Below are positions 39,080 to 50,900 of a stretch of DNA of 64,000 bases, piece by piece (within the stretch, counting starts at the first letter, position 1; each line of letters starts with the position of its first letter). The stretch comes from Raillietiella orientalis (Eukaryota): the NCBI GenBank assembly GCA_036172245.1, contig JAYWIR010000020.1, positions 1,984,001 through 2,048,000 on the forward strand, in the 5' to 3' direction. The position numbers and the translations under genes are program-made. The notes below the pieces were generated by a model. It was given only the letters and a program-made list of their open reading frames with translations. It was not told the origin of the DNA and did no database searches.

Positions 39080-40560
39080 TAACAAAATTTTATAATAGAC
39101 TCTATGGAATATGTTCAGGCAGAACACGTGGTTCTGTCTGTCTTGGGACACTTGCCGTTACCGGCCCGCGGACCGGTGAGGTCCTCTCGGCTGGCGATAG
39201 GGAAGGGAAAATCATAGAAAACGAAAAATTAAACAAAAACAAGAGGAGTGGGCAATGTTTTCCGGGAAGGGGAGGGAGGGTAAGGGACTCCTTCTGTACG
39301 TTATTCATCCTTTTGAAAGTTACCCATCCTTTTCGACACCATCCATCTTTTTGTTGGATATTCCTCTTCTTGCACGTTATTCTTTCTTTTGTATGTTATG
39401 CCTCCTCAGTACTGTTTCTTTTCCTTTAAGTAACTCATCCAATTTTTGGCCACCAGAACGCGTACATCACTTGTACATTCTTGTGTGCTCTCTGTACCGG
39501 ACTCAGTTTTGGTCTGCCAACAACGCAGTGTTCTCCTGGAGCTTCCCTGTAAGTTCTCTTGGACGTGCACTTTGAGATGGAGGCTGCAAAAGAGAAGTAG
39601 GCGGATTTTTGCGGTCCTCAACAAATCTGCATTGTCCATCTCTCCTCCTCCTCCTCTTTCCTCATCGAGGAGGAAGGAGGAAGCTCCTCCCTCCTCGATG
39701 CAGCAAGGCACCTCCCACCTTGCCAGAAGGTTGCTGTCACTAGAGTCTTATAAGGAGGGCAACACTGGGGCAAGGGGTATGGATGAAACTCACCGCCAAT
39801 GGCGTGGGTTCCGCACCATCTCCTTCAGGGGCTGTCGAGAGAATCTGCATTCATGCATGCAGGCGCATTCCTCCTCGCTCGAGCCGTGGATCTTTCCCCA
39901 TGAGGGAACTGACTCGAGGAGCCAGTCATTGCAGTTCGCGGAGAGACAGGGGACCCAGGTGCTCTCCTTCACCAAGGCAACCATAAGTAAGGCAGGGTGA
40001 TGTGGGACAACACGCCGTGGAAGACCCATAGTGCAGGAAGGCTCGAGGAGTCACGTGGTCCCGACCGGGTAGGAGCTGGAAAGGGAGCTTGCGATCCCCG
40101 AATCCTGAAGGGGACCTCATCCTTCTCCTTCTCCCCTTCCATTCCTCCTCCACTCTCCTTTCACTCTGCCTTCCATTGCAAACGCGCGCACAGATTTCTT
40201 CTACTTTCCTAAGTTAACTTCCACGAAGAGGTCGGTTGCTCCTGCTTGCCTCCCCTTCGCCTTTGCCACATGAACAGAGGGAGGGGTCACTCCCGTTGGC
40301 TCCTTTTCCAGGCTGCACGCGCCTTCGTTCTCCCCGCTCCGGAAGCGGTCCCAAGGCAGACAGACGAAAGGTGCCGAAGACACGCCGAGCATCTGTGGAT
40401 CATTTCGGAGAGCTTCCTCGCCCCGTGTTGTTGCACTGGCACGGAGGTCACAGTACAACAGCAGAAGTGCGACTCCGGTCACTTCAGGGGGAGGGTCCGG
40501 TTGTTCTCCAGCGCTGGAGGCCACTCTTTCTGCGGAATTTCCAGCAGCTCTCCCCAGCGC
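39080..40560 (-). mobile_element. L1/Tx1-like LINE 3' fragment (RT remnant + 3' UTR)
   Basis: GVALLLLYCD (YADD-like); VPCLSANCNDWLLESVPSWGKIHGSSE...MVRNP homologous to 12,250-12,400; 3' UTR GGACCTCACCGGTC at ~39,175. Confidence 0.7.
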
Positions 40561-40571
40561 AATAGTGGATT

Positions 40572-40770
40572 TATAGGGTGATCATCTCCCAGGGTGCCCC
40601 CTGTAACTTGAAGAGTGACATGCACCCTCGGGCGGTGGCGTGAAACAGTGCGGTAAGGCTTCGCGAGCCTCTAGGCGAACGGTACTTGAGCACTCGGCGA
40701 ACCAAAGGCAGAAGAAAAAGAAAAAAACAACAACAATTGAAAAAAAAAAACAGCAACGAAGCAGAAGAAC
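40572..40770 (+). mobile_element. SINE-like repeat 3' end with A-rich tail, copy D
   Basis: ...CGGTACTTGAGCACTCGGCGAACCAAAGG followed by an A/CAA-rich tail; matches 50,953-50,980. Confidence 0.6.
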
Positions 40771-41349
40771 CCGAAGAATTTTGCTCACCAGCAGGAGACG
40801 TCCGGCGGAGTGGACGAGCGGGAAAGTCCGCGGCGCACCCGGAGCAATCGAGCGATCCCAGGAGTCACGACCGCAACTGCATGGATGGGGGGGGAGGGGA
40901 AGGCTGAGCGAAGACCAGCCGAGAACATCTTACCACCATCCCCTGGGAAACCACCCAAAGGTGCAGCACGTGGTGGCGGGAATTCGCAGGGTGGCGCTCG
41001 AGCTTGCCAGCTAAAAGACCGAGAGGTCCCCATGGGACAAGATGGAGCTAACATGCGCAATCCCCGAGCGTAGGGGTGTACGAGGAAGGAGTATTCCTGC
41101 AGAACAGTCAAGGATGAGGCATCTTCAAGCGAAGGCAAGAAGAGTCGCGTCACCTGGGAACCCCGCAGCATCAGGCGGACGCACGAGTGAATCCGCCGCC
41201 GTTGGGTGCGCCTGACAGGGAGCAGTTCGAGATGAGATGCATCACAGCATCTTTGTGTTGGTGATGTACCGCTGCGTGGCAACTCGGACTTACTGAGCAT
41301 CCGTTGCGTGCGTGCTGCCGACGCGCGCTCCCTAGTCAATGAGAGACGT

Positions 41350-41390
41350 AACCCACGGCGAGGGGACGTTACGTCCCCTCGCCGTGGGTT
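41350..41390. repeat. Perfect 20-bp inverted repeat with 1-nt spacer
   Basis: AACCCACGGCGAGGGGACGT-T-ACGTCCCCTCGCCGTGGGTT. Confidence 0.97.
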
Positions 41391-42049
41391 GAGTTCGGCT
41401 TCCCGGTTTCCAGGTATGGGAACCAGCTGTTTGCAAGGCTGAGATGCAAGTAACAGGTTCGCCCCGCCTCCAAACGCCGGGTCTCGTTCTGCATGAGCAC
41501 GTGACTTCCCCGCTTTCGTCGTCACCCCCACCGCGGAGGTCTTCCGCACTTGCGGTTGCCAAGGCTGGCGAAAGCCTCCGAACCGCAACCTCCATCTTGT
41601 CGAACGCCTCCGATCCACTTTCTCCTCTGCTCTGCCAGCGTTCCGGGAGGAAAGCCGTTCGTCTTCGAAGGACAGCATCGCGGAATGTCCGAATCCTTGC
41701 GAAGAAGTGACCGTGCGACCCCGTTGACTTCCAGGCGAGAAAGCAGAACATTCCAGACATATAGGTGGGGACCACAAGTGAACACCTTGCGACGAATGCA
41801 GAGTCGAACTTCTACAGCCAATTTCTGATGATGAAATAAAGATCTTGGTGCAATTTCGAGGAAAAAAAGTTCATAGATCCTTGAATTACTCGATTTTCGT
41901 ATCAGTTTGTTTCTTGGTTCATCAAAACTGCAGGCGAACTCATCCTGTGCACCTGCATGAATCACGGAGCCTCAGCAATTCTCGAGAAAACCCCGCAGTT
42001 ACTATAAACGTTCCCGTGAATGAGAGTGCACGACTGCTCCTGTGAATGG

Positions 42050-43700
42050 AATTTCGATAAAGGTATGGTTTAATGTTTCCTGATTACGCTCGACAGACTC
42101 AGATCGAATTTTATATTAATGGTGAATCGATGCCACGCGAATAAATCAAAGATTCCTCAAGTGGGATGAGAGTGCAACGGAGTTGCCGTGAGTTCCATTG
42201 GAATGTGTAACCAGGGAGGAAATACAGAGCAAACCTGGTGACCAGCAAACTGATGACTAAACGACTCCATTTTCGACAGGATAGATGATTTTGGCTTTTC
42301 TTCAGCAACAGCTAAGTGTACGGAATCCGAAACCTCAGAGGAAGAAATTTTTCTCAGCAACTTTTGATAAGGAATCTCCGGAACTGCAGTCTCACTCAAC
42401 GGGCCAGTGTGGTGGTCCACTTCAGCAGCTTCGGCTCGTTCGTGAGTCTCCACTCCGGCAGCAAACCGGCAGCGTGAGGTCTGACCAGTGAGGCTGACTT
42501 TCAGAGACAGTCCTCAGAGAGCGGGCCTTGTGGCATTCACTGCCCTTCGGACTTTCGGTCTTCACCCCTTTGCCCGTTGCGTGTGGAAAGCGAGGAAACA
42601 AACGTCTCTTCCGTGAAGGTTTCTGAGTTCCGTTTCTGAGTTCGGGTGAATTCACACGCTTGCAGGTTCTCAGACAACACGACCCCTTTGGAATAAACTG
42701 GTCACAATGTAGAACTGGATATGTTAATGCCTGAGGATAGAAACGTGCACAACGAGAAAAGTTTGTGTTGTCTCTGTGACTCGCGCTTCTTAGAATTTCC
42801 ACTTCCACTCTAACGAAACCAAGCGGTGCTTTACGCGAAGGAATGCAAGTGATTGTGAGCTAACAGCAGCGCGTGGCTAACTTGCCACGCGCTTGAAATT
42901 AAAATGCCCGACGTCCAGCGAGCACGTGAAGAGAACATAGGCGGCGTGTAGTCGCTCTGCGGGTGGTGCTCTTTGCTCAGCCTTCAATCTTCTTTCAGGA
43001 TACCGACTGGCTGCGTGACGAGGAACACGGGGCTGTGCTGACGCTTTTCCAGACACGTGCTTTAAAAGTGTCTCAACTGTACATTCCTATCGGGAAGGAT
43101 TGCCTGCATTCGGACGTGATCACGAAGGATAAATTGGTACACAGGTGGAAAACAGCGTCTTTATCCAAGAACTGGGGAAGGGAAAGCGATCGCTTCCGTT
43201 TTCATCAGAGATGGTTCCCAATAAATGACACGAAGAATGGCTCATCCCTGTTGAAATACTCGACTCCATACCCGTCTGTCGATTCACTGATTGAGGAACT
43301 CGAGGCAAATCTTCCCAAAGTGCATCTCCGAGAACTTTTGAAGCTACCGATCCATCAGTTTAGTTCGCAACTGACGCGCAGAAGAACTTCGAGTTACAGC
43401 ATTCTTGAATGGAAGCGTCTTTTTTGAGCTGTTATGCGAAGGACTGAAAGATTCCCGATGGTCTCTGCTGCTGCTTAGAATTTCTTCAGGCATCAGCAGC
43501 ATCAGCATTGGAAATTATTGATTTTTGGTCGGTGATGTCCTCAAAAAGGAAATACGCAAGAATCTTCTCTTCCCGGTTACTTGTAGGATGAACGAGATTC
43601 CGGCATCTGCTAAAAACCTGACTTTTCACAGCACTCCATTTCTTTCGTTTCTGCTCATGCGAATTTTCCAGGTCTCCTCCACATTTGTTCTTCCGTGGAG
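42050..43700 (-). mobile_element. Degenerate CR1/L2-like LINE RT and C-terminus
   Basis: QRPSGIFQSFA*QLKK (YRPxSxLxxxxKxLEK), QKFSEMHFGKICLEFL, VFQQG, and later EIPYQKLLRKI (PYxERLxxL-like). Confidence 0.6.
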
Positions 43701-44990
43701 CGGATGCTTCCCTCCCTGCATACTTACTCTCTTTTCCTCTCACGTGTACTTTTTTACTTCCCAAAGCATCCGTAGCTTCCTTTTGTGTGCGTGCGTCTTT
43801 CTTCTATGATCTTTTTGTATGTTGCACCTCAGCACATGTACAGAAAGGCTCCCTGCTTGCCCCAAACTTCCAACTGCATCAACTACGAATGCGTGTTGCA
43901 ACCAACCTCATTTCCACTTTTGAAGAACCTTTCTCCCATCAGTGCCGTAGAGGATCCTTCCAGGAATGCTTTCTGAGGCAGAGCAAATGATGTTCCAAAA
44001 TATTCTTAGGAAGCTTTCCGTACCCTCTTAGAGGTAATCATTCACTTCTTCGGCTGCGCCCGGCGCCGTACCGGCAGTGAACTACTGTGATCTTTGCCCT
44101 CAGCAGCGCTGCACTTACGACGATTACGGAGACAAGAGTTCTTTCACTTCCAGGCGTCCAGTGCTTTCGCGTTTTACCTCTCCTCTCGGGCTCGATTTTT
44201 CAGACAGCTTCCCTTTTTCCAACGTATCCACTTTGATCGAACAGGCCCGCGCATCCTTCCTGTTTCCTTCCTTTGCATGACGCATGCTGCTGGTGGACAC
44301 GAAGAACGAGTACCTTCCACCGATGCACCCTCTGATATGGCACACGATCTCTCTAGCTCTCAGTGTGGAAATGCAGCACTCTGAGAGAATTCCGACGCAG
44401 CAAGTGCGAGGTAAAAGGAAAAGGGAGCGAATGTGAAAGAGTGGACAAGGAAATGAGCTCGCATGCACTCGTCTTTGAAACAGAATGAAGCCGTTTCATC
44501 AGAATTTATCGGTGTTATTCTCGCTGCTGCTATCGGGCATCCCTGCTGGAGGATCGGCAACCCGAGTTTACGTGAGGAATGGTACGTTTCCTGTGAGTGA
44601 GAAAAAGGGCGCGTTACTATCGTGCAAATCCAGCGCAGATTTTTTCCTTCAGCTGCTTTCCGAAAAAGAAATAATGGGGATGCGGGCTCTCGCAGCTCGC
44701 CACTGGTCGTGGCAGGCAGCGAGAACATGCTGAATGAAACTCTTCTCGATGTATTTATTGCGGAATTTGTTTCTTACAGGAATCGGCGCTTCTCTCCGGA
44801 TGTTTGGCAAGGGGCAGTTTGGAGCGACCGCAGCCCAGATTCCAGACGAAGACGAACTACGGCCGGACGACGCTATTCCTGAACGGAGCGACGAGCGTGC
44901 TGGTCAGATGCCCTCGGGGTCAGCAAATGTCTCTTATGTCAAGGATGGCACGATCCAAAGGTGACGGACGCTGAAGAAAGGAGGCTGGAC

Positions 44991-47900
44991 TCAGAAAACT
45001 CGGCACAAATTCCCGATCCCTTTGTCAGGCCGAGAGAACTGTTCTATCAAGTGGATCACCCCGTTGGTTGCTGGTATGTCCGGGTGCACCACGCGTACTT
45101 CGTTCACAGTGGCGAGCCTCTCTGGAAAAGGCAACGTTGCAATGTGTTCTCAAGAAGAAGTCGGCGCGAAGTTCCTTATATTTCCGGTCGGTTTAAGGAA
45201 AACTTTCACGCACTCGAAAGCGCATCCGCAAGTCTCACCTGCTCGGAGCAGCATCAATTAAAAAAAAAAAACGAAAAAGGGGAAGCGAAGACATGTGGAA
45301 AAAATCATACGACGTACTTCTTTTCCCGTCGGTAGTCACTCCACACTGGAGGTCGGTGCCCTTGAGCGCAGTGCTGAGGAACTGCCTGTCTCTGACCCCT
45401 TCGCTAAAGTAGGTTCCAGGAACAACGTGGTAAAGCAAACCGTCTGCAACGGAGGGGAAAGCAATGTAAGATGAGCAAACGTTCAGCGCATGCGCAGAAA
45501 GAATCGTTTTCCAGACCTTTCAGAGCGGTTTTATTCCGTCGCAAAGCTTTCGATTCTTTGGCACTGATGGATGCAAAAGCCTGAGGTACGGGAGCAAACA
45601 CTGTGAAAGGACCTGGGCCTTCTAGGAAAATATCCAGCTTTGTTGCCAGGAAGACGGTGCTAAGATCTATTTCGATAAAGAGAAGGAAATGCTGTTAAAA
45701 GTCTGTCATTTTACGATCGCCTTGCTGGTGTTTCATTCTCTTGCTCCGACGGTATGCGAAAGGCCAGAATGGCCTGCTGGTTCAGAGCACGCCTTCTTTC
45801 TTCTTCGCGAGCAATGTCAGCGATTGCAGCAACAAGCTGAGCAAACTGGCGACGCGTTTTTGATGCACTGCCTGCGTGGGTTTTCCGACAATCTCCTCTT
45901 TTGCAGCCAGCTCCCACACGCGCCATTAGCAAAACTGAGGATCTCTAGGGATCCGGGAAAGCAGGAGGATCACTTCCAACCTCAAGAGCCCTCGAGCAAA
46001 CCCAAAGTTCCGATATGGAGCATTCCCTTCCGAATAAGGATGGGGAGGGTGGGCAAAAGAATTTTCACCTAAAAAAAGGGAACCGCAAGCCACACTGGAG
46101 ACAGCCCGTGTGGAAGGAAGGAAAGGGGGAATTAGGATTTCGCGGGGATTTTGCCTCAGCCTGAGATCGTACGGCTTGATTTGCTTGCACTCTGCTCCAC
46201 TAGATGGGTCTGCCGTGTCTTGTTTGCTGTGTCAACAGGAAGTTGTGGTGCACAGTGTCAATGACGTCTAAGTGGAAATCATTACGGAATTGTTCAAAAA
46301 TATCCCTAAAAACCTAGCAAAAGCTCTTTGGAGACCGAGAAATTTGGAGTTGGGGGGGGGGGGGGGTGCTACAATACAGGGTATGGACAAATCCCGTAAT
46401 GGTGAAAAGTTGCATCGAAAAGGAAGAGCAAACTCCGCCTCATTCCACCGGAAAGCCGCTTTACTCGGACGCTCCCGAGGAAGGACACCGCAAAAATGGT
46501 AACGAAAACCAACAACTAACGTTATCAAACGAAGTGTCCAAGCACGGATGCAGACACAACTGGCAAGCGGTTTCCAGAAAGATGGAATCAATTCAGGCTG
46601 GTTCCTAGAGGACCGAGGTTTCGAAAGAGCACTTTAGAAGATGATTCTTTGGCAAGCAAAACGTGGGGAGGTCTTTGCAAAGGAGACCCTCCTGATTGAG
46701 AGCAGGGCAAGCAGGGAAGGGGGATTCGTCCAGGAAACGAGCGACGTGCCTGAAAACTGAATGGTCCGTCCGAGCTGAAAATCCAAGAAGGAAACTTCAA
46801 GCTGAGCGTGATATTTCTTCCACGCTGAAAATTTAAACAACTGAGGGACAAAGAGGAAACCGTTTCCAATTCCGAAAGAAAGAAAAATTCACGTCTTTCC
46901 CACTTTTAGCTAAGCGAGGCAGCAGTAATTCATTTGCTGTTTCAGCGAAAGGATGGAAAGGTTTCCTCTTAAAATCGAATGAAAACTGCCGTGATTGATC
47001 AGAATCGGCTTGAGAACAGCTGGGAGATCGATTCAAGAAAACAAGGACCGAAATTGGGACGAACGCAATGGAAAGTTCAGGTACTCCTGGAAACTGCGAG
47101 TTTCCACGGTAAACGAAAGGAAATCAACCCTAATCAGGGGTGAGATCTGGAACATCAGCAGGTACTCTCCGAAATCTCAGAATCAACCAAAGCAGTCATT
47201 TCCGAAAAGGATTCTTCGGAGAAAGTGTGGAAAAAAAAAAAAAAAACATTTTTTTTTTCCACATTGGATTTGTTGTGGATTTGTGATCCATCACCAGATT
47301 ACGAGGAGGCATTTGAAGTTTGCATGGAGGGTCCCCGAATCGCTGTTGCCGTCTCGAAAATTTCAGTTTCAAGAAAGGTAGTTTAAGACGTGCGCACAGC
47401 CGTCACTGCTGCATCCATAACATGAGGAATCACAGCAGCAAAGACTTTGCGAGCCTAAGGGTGGTTATACAGTACAAATCAACTGATTGCAATCAACTTG
47501 CCTTTCCTTTCTTGATTCGAGTGTTCATTGCATACCGTGTCTTGTACTCCGAGGTTCTCTTTTTCCCTAGTCGGCTTCCTTTTCCTAGCTCGTTTCAAAG
47601 TCCGTTCTGTAGCATTTTGAAACGCGTCGGTTCCAGATAAAGGCGCCGTAGATTCGGCAGCGATCACACTCATAACCCGAACGTGGCTCTCAGTGACAAA
47701 CTGGTGCAGAGAGAGAGAGACTCTAGAACCACGGTTTCCGTTCGAGGAAGCTCTGTTCTTTCCTGGTCCCAACCGAGGAATTTCTTGGACGACTTTAGAG
47801 GGTGCCTTCACGGTGGATGAGTCCTTTTCCATTTTCCAGAAGAGCGCTCAGGAGAAACCTGCGAATCTGTGAGCTCCCATAGAAGGGGAGGAATGCTTCC

Positions 47901-50900
47901 TTTACTTTCAATGCGCGATTTCTTCCGGAAGCGCGCAGCTGAAAGGTCACATCCCGATTCCAGCAAGATGTGGCCAGTGAGCGCGTTCTTATGAAATGAC
48001 GCTGTAGTTAAAGCGGATGAAGGAATTGCAGGTTCGGATTGAAGTCGAAATTCAAGGAGATCTGGTGGAAAATCTTGCCCGGTTGCCGACTGGAGGCTCC
48101 GGCGACCTCGGACAGCTACCTGCCTTGCTAAACCGCCTTCTTTCTCCTGCAATGGCTCCCTTCGCCTTCTTGCTTCGCTTCTACAAATAGCTTCTAGGCA
48201 CTTTCTGTTTGCGAATGCTCTTCCGCAGTCCGCCCTAAGAGGCCTGGGCCCGCTACGAATGCCAGAGACGGGGACCGCAGCATACTACTGTGGGATGCTC
48301 CGCCGTTCCCACGCCGCAAGCATCTCTGCCTGTCTTTCCGGAGGGGAAACCAGATCTCTACAGGGACAGTGGCGACCCGGGTCTTCTAGGAGTGTCTTCG
48401 GAATGCTGGGCCAGGTTCCGATCTTCCAGCTCCACGCAGCTTTCCCCAAACACCTCAACCCCTCCGCAGCACTTGAACGTTGCTCCAGCTGGCGCTCCTA
48501 TTCTCATACTGCAGCGGAGTCCATGATTCGGTCACTTTCTCTGCAGCTTCGAAAGGGCAACTGAAGCTTAACCGCAGTTCTATATTCCGTTCCCGTTTCT
48601 CATATTAGGGAATGAGAGTATGGAAAGGATATGAGGGAACACACAGGTTTTCTTTCCTCGGAAACGCAAGTGGATTACAGGACATTTCCTCGATTGACAA
48701 GCCGAGATGGGATGGTTCGAATGGAGATGGTTTGGGGCGGGAGGGAGGGGAAGAAGCCTCGAAGCACAAGCAAGCAACCACTTCTTGCGTGCCTGGCCTG
48801 AGCACTCTCTTGAGTGAGTGCGGATTCACGGCCGGTTTCCTCGTTTCGATGCCGTGAAGACCGATGAAGCCAGAGATCGCTGGCGGCTCCGCGCCGGCGG
48901 AAGGAGCCGCTCCAAAAGCTCTCCGTGCGCATCTCCGAGCAGGAAGCGGGAAAACCGCCTGGCTGAAAAAATCCACTATCCCGCCTAGGACGGATCCCGA
49001 CCGTCCGAAGAGACGCAGCCGCATCCCCCACGTTTGAATCCCGGGTCGAGAACGGGCCGAGCACCCGGCAACGACCCGCGAGTTCCCGCCGGACGGTCCC
49101 CGTGCGGACGTTTCGTTCGTCCACCCGAGCTGTTGCGAGCAGCACTTGCACTTGGGAACGGGATGGGAAAGGAAGGAGGAGGAGGAGAAAAAAAAAGAAA
49201 AAATGTGTCCCAACGTGCTGCGTCCTGTCTTCGGACTGGACCAACCAACGCTCTCCACGGCGCGCGTTGGGTTTCACCTTTCCGGCTCTTTGGGCGGGAG
49301 CGGAGGTTGCCTTACCTTCGAAGTAATCGCAATCGAAAAAATAATCGTTAATCGATCTATCTATGAGGGGGAACAGAATCCCGTCGATGATGTGGACAAC
49401 TCCGTTGGGGAAGGGCAAATCGGGGTCCGTTATCTTCACTCCGTTGACAGTGTACACCGCCTGGAAGTGGACCGAGAATCAGCCTGGAGCTTCGCTGCAG
49501 GATCGCTTCGGAGATCCGAAGAGAGGGTTGGGAGGAAGCCGCAGGAAGCGAACCGAGGAGGCCGATCTATTTCCGGCAGCCTCCGGATCACGTAGGTGGG
49601 TAGGAGTCGCGCGCGCTTCCGGCGGCCACTTTCTTTCGTGAGGACGAGAAGATCGAATCGGATAATTGAGATCGTCGCGGAACGATCGGTCGGAGCCTTC
49701 TTGATCTCGAAAGACGGTCCGTTTTCCTCTCCTCTGGCACCGACGGGGGCGAGAAGGGGGAGGGAGGACGCTTGCTTTGCGGGGACCGTGCACCATCCGT
49801 TCATCGGCACTGAACGACGTTCAAGATTTAGTGCTGGAGAGATGGACCGAAATCGAATTCGTGCGAGATGAGGGTCGAAAATTCATTCCCGAAGAGGAGG
49901 CGCCGTTCTGGTGATCATGTGCTTCGCGAAACGCCTTCATGTAACTCACTGCTTCCGGTTTGCAGTCTTTGGAGCGATCTCGGTAATGCCCTAAGGGTGT
50001 ATCGCACGGCGAAGAATGGTTCCAGATCGAAACGTGACGTCAAGTTAGGAAGGAGGGAATCAGAGAGATGGGCACACGAGGCTGCACGTTTCGCCCACGT
50101 CGGCACCTCCATGAGGCTGCGGTCTCTCCGTGAGAGGTGGCGCCAAGTGTCGCGGGTTCGAATCCTGCCCGGAGAACGATGGATCGGGACACCGAGAAGT
50201 GGAGAGGGTGCGTCGCCGTGAGTTTCAATTACTCCCTCCCTGAAGGATATGACGCTCGTTGGCCTTACGGGCTCCGGGTGCGGTGGTACTAGTGGAAGCA
50301 GCCTCATGCCCCTTTTCACCGACCGGGATTGGAAGTCGGCGCTCCTCCGGGGTCCTTCCAGGACATCGAGGAGCCCTTCAGGGTTTCCCCTCCGGTTATG
50401 GAAATGGAACGTTCCCTTCCCACACGACGGGGGAACCCTGCATCGCTTATTAAGCAGCTGGCTGATGCCTCTCTAGAGTGTCAAGAAGAGCGCTGTTCCC
50501 TTCGGAGAATGTTCTTCAGGGAAACTAAGAAGCTCCTTTTCGATGTTCTCTTCAGAGGAGGAAACTAGGAGAGGATCCTTTCCGGGGGATTCCTCCAAAA
50601 AGAAAATTCAGGGGCGGATCCTTTGTGGGTTTCCTTCGGAGAAGAAATGAAGAACGATTTTCTCTGAAGGGGTCCCTCCGGAGAGGATAAGGAGAAGGTG
50701 GTTGGTTCCCCTCCATGAGGCTGCGGTCCCTCCTTGAGGGGTGGCTCCAAGTGTTGCGGGTTCGAATTCCCTTCGGGGACGACCAGAGTGAGGATTTCTT
50801 TCGGGATTCCCTCCCAAGCGTGAGAGGAACGGACTCGCCTTCATGGACTCATAGGGTGGTTCCTCTGGGGTTGTCCCCTAACCTGGAGACGCATCCTCGG

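Noticed and set aside
42963..43427. 154-aa plus-strand ORF
   Set aside because: Antisense shadow of a minus-strand RT remnant; no recognisable domain.
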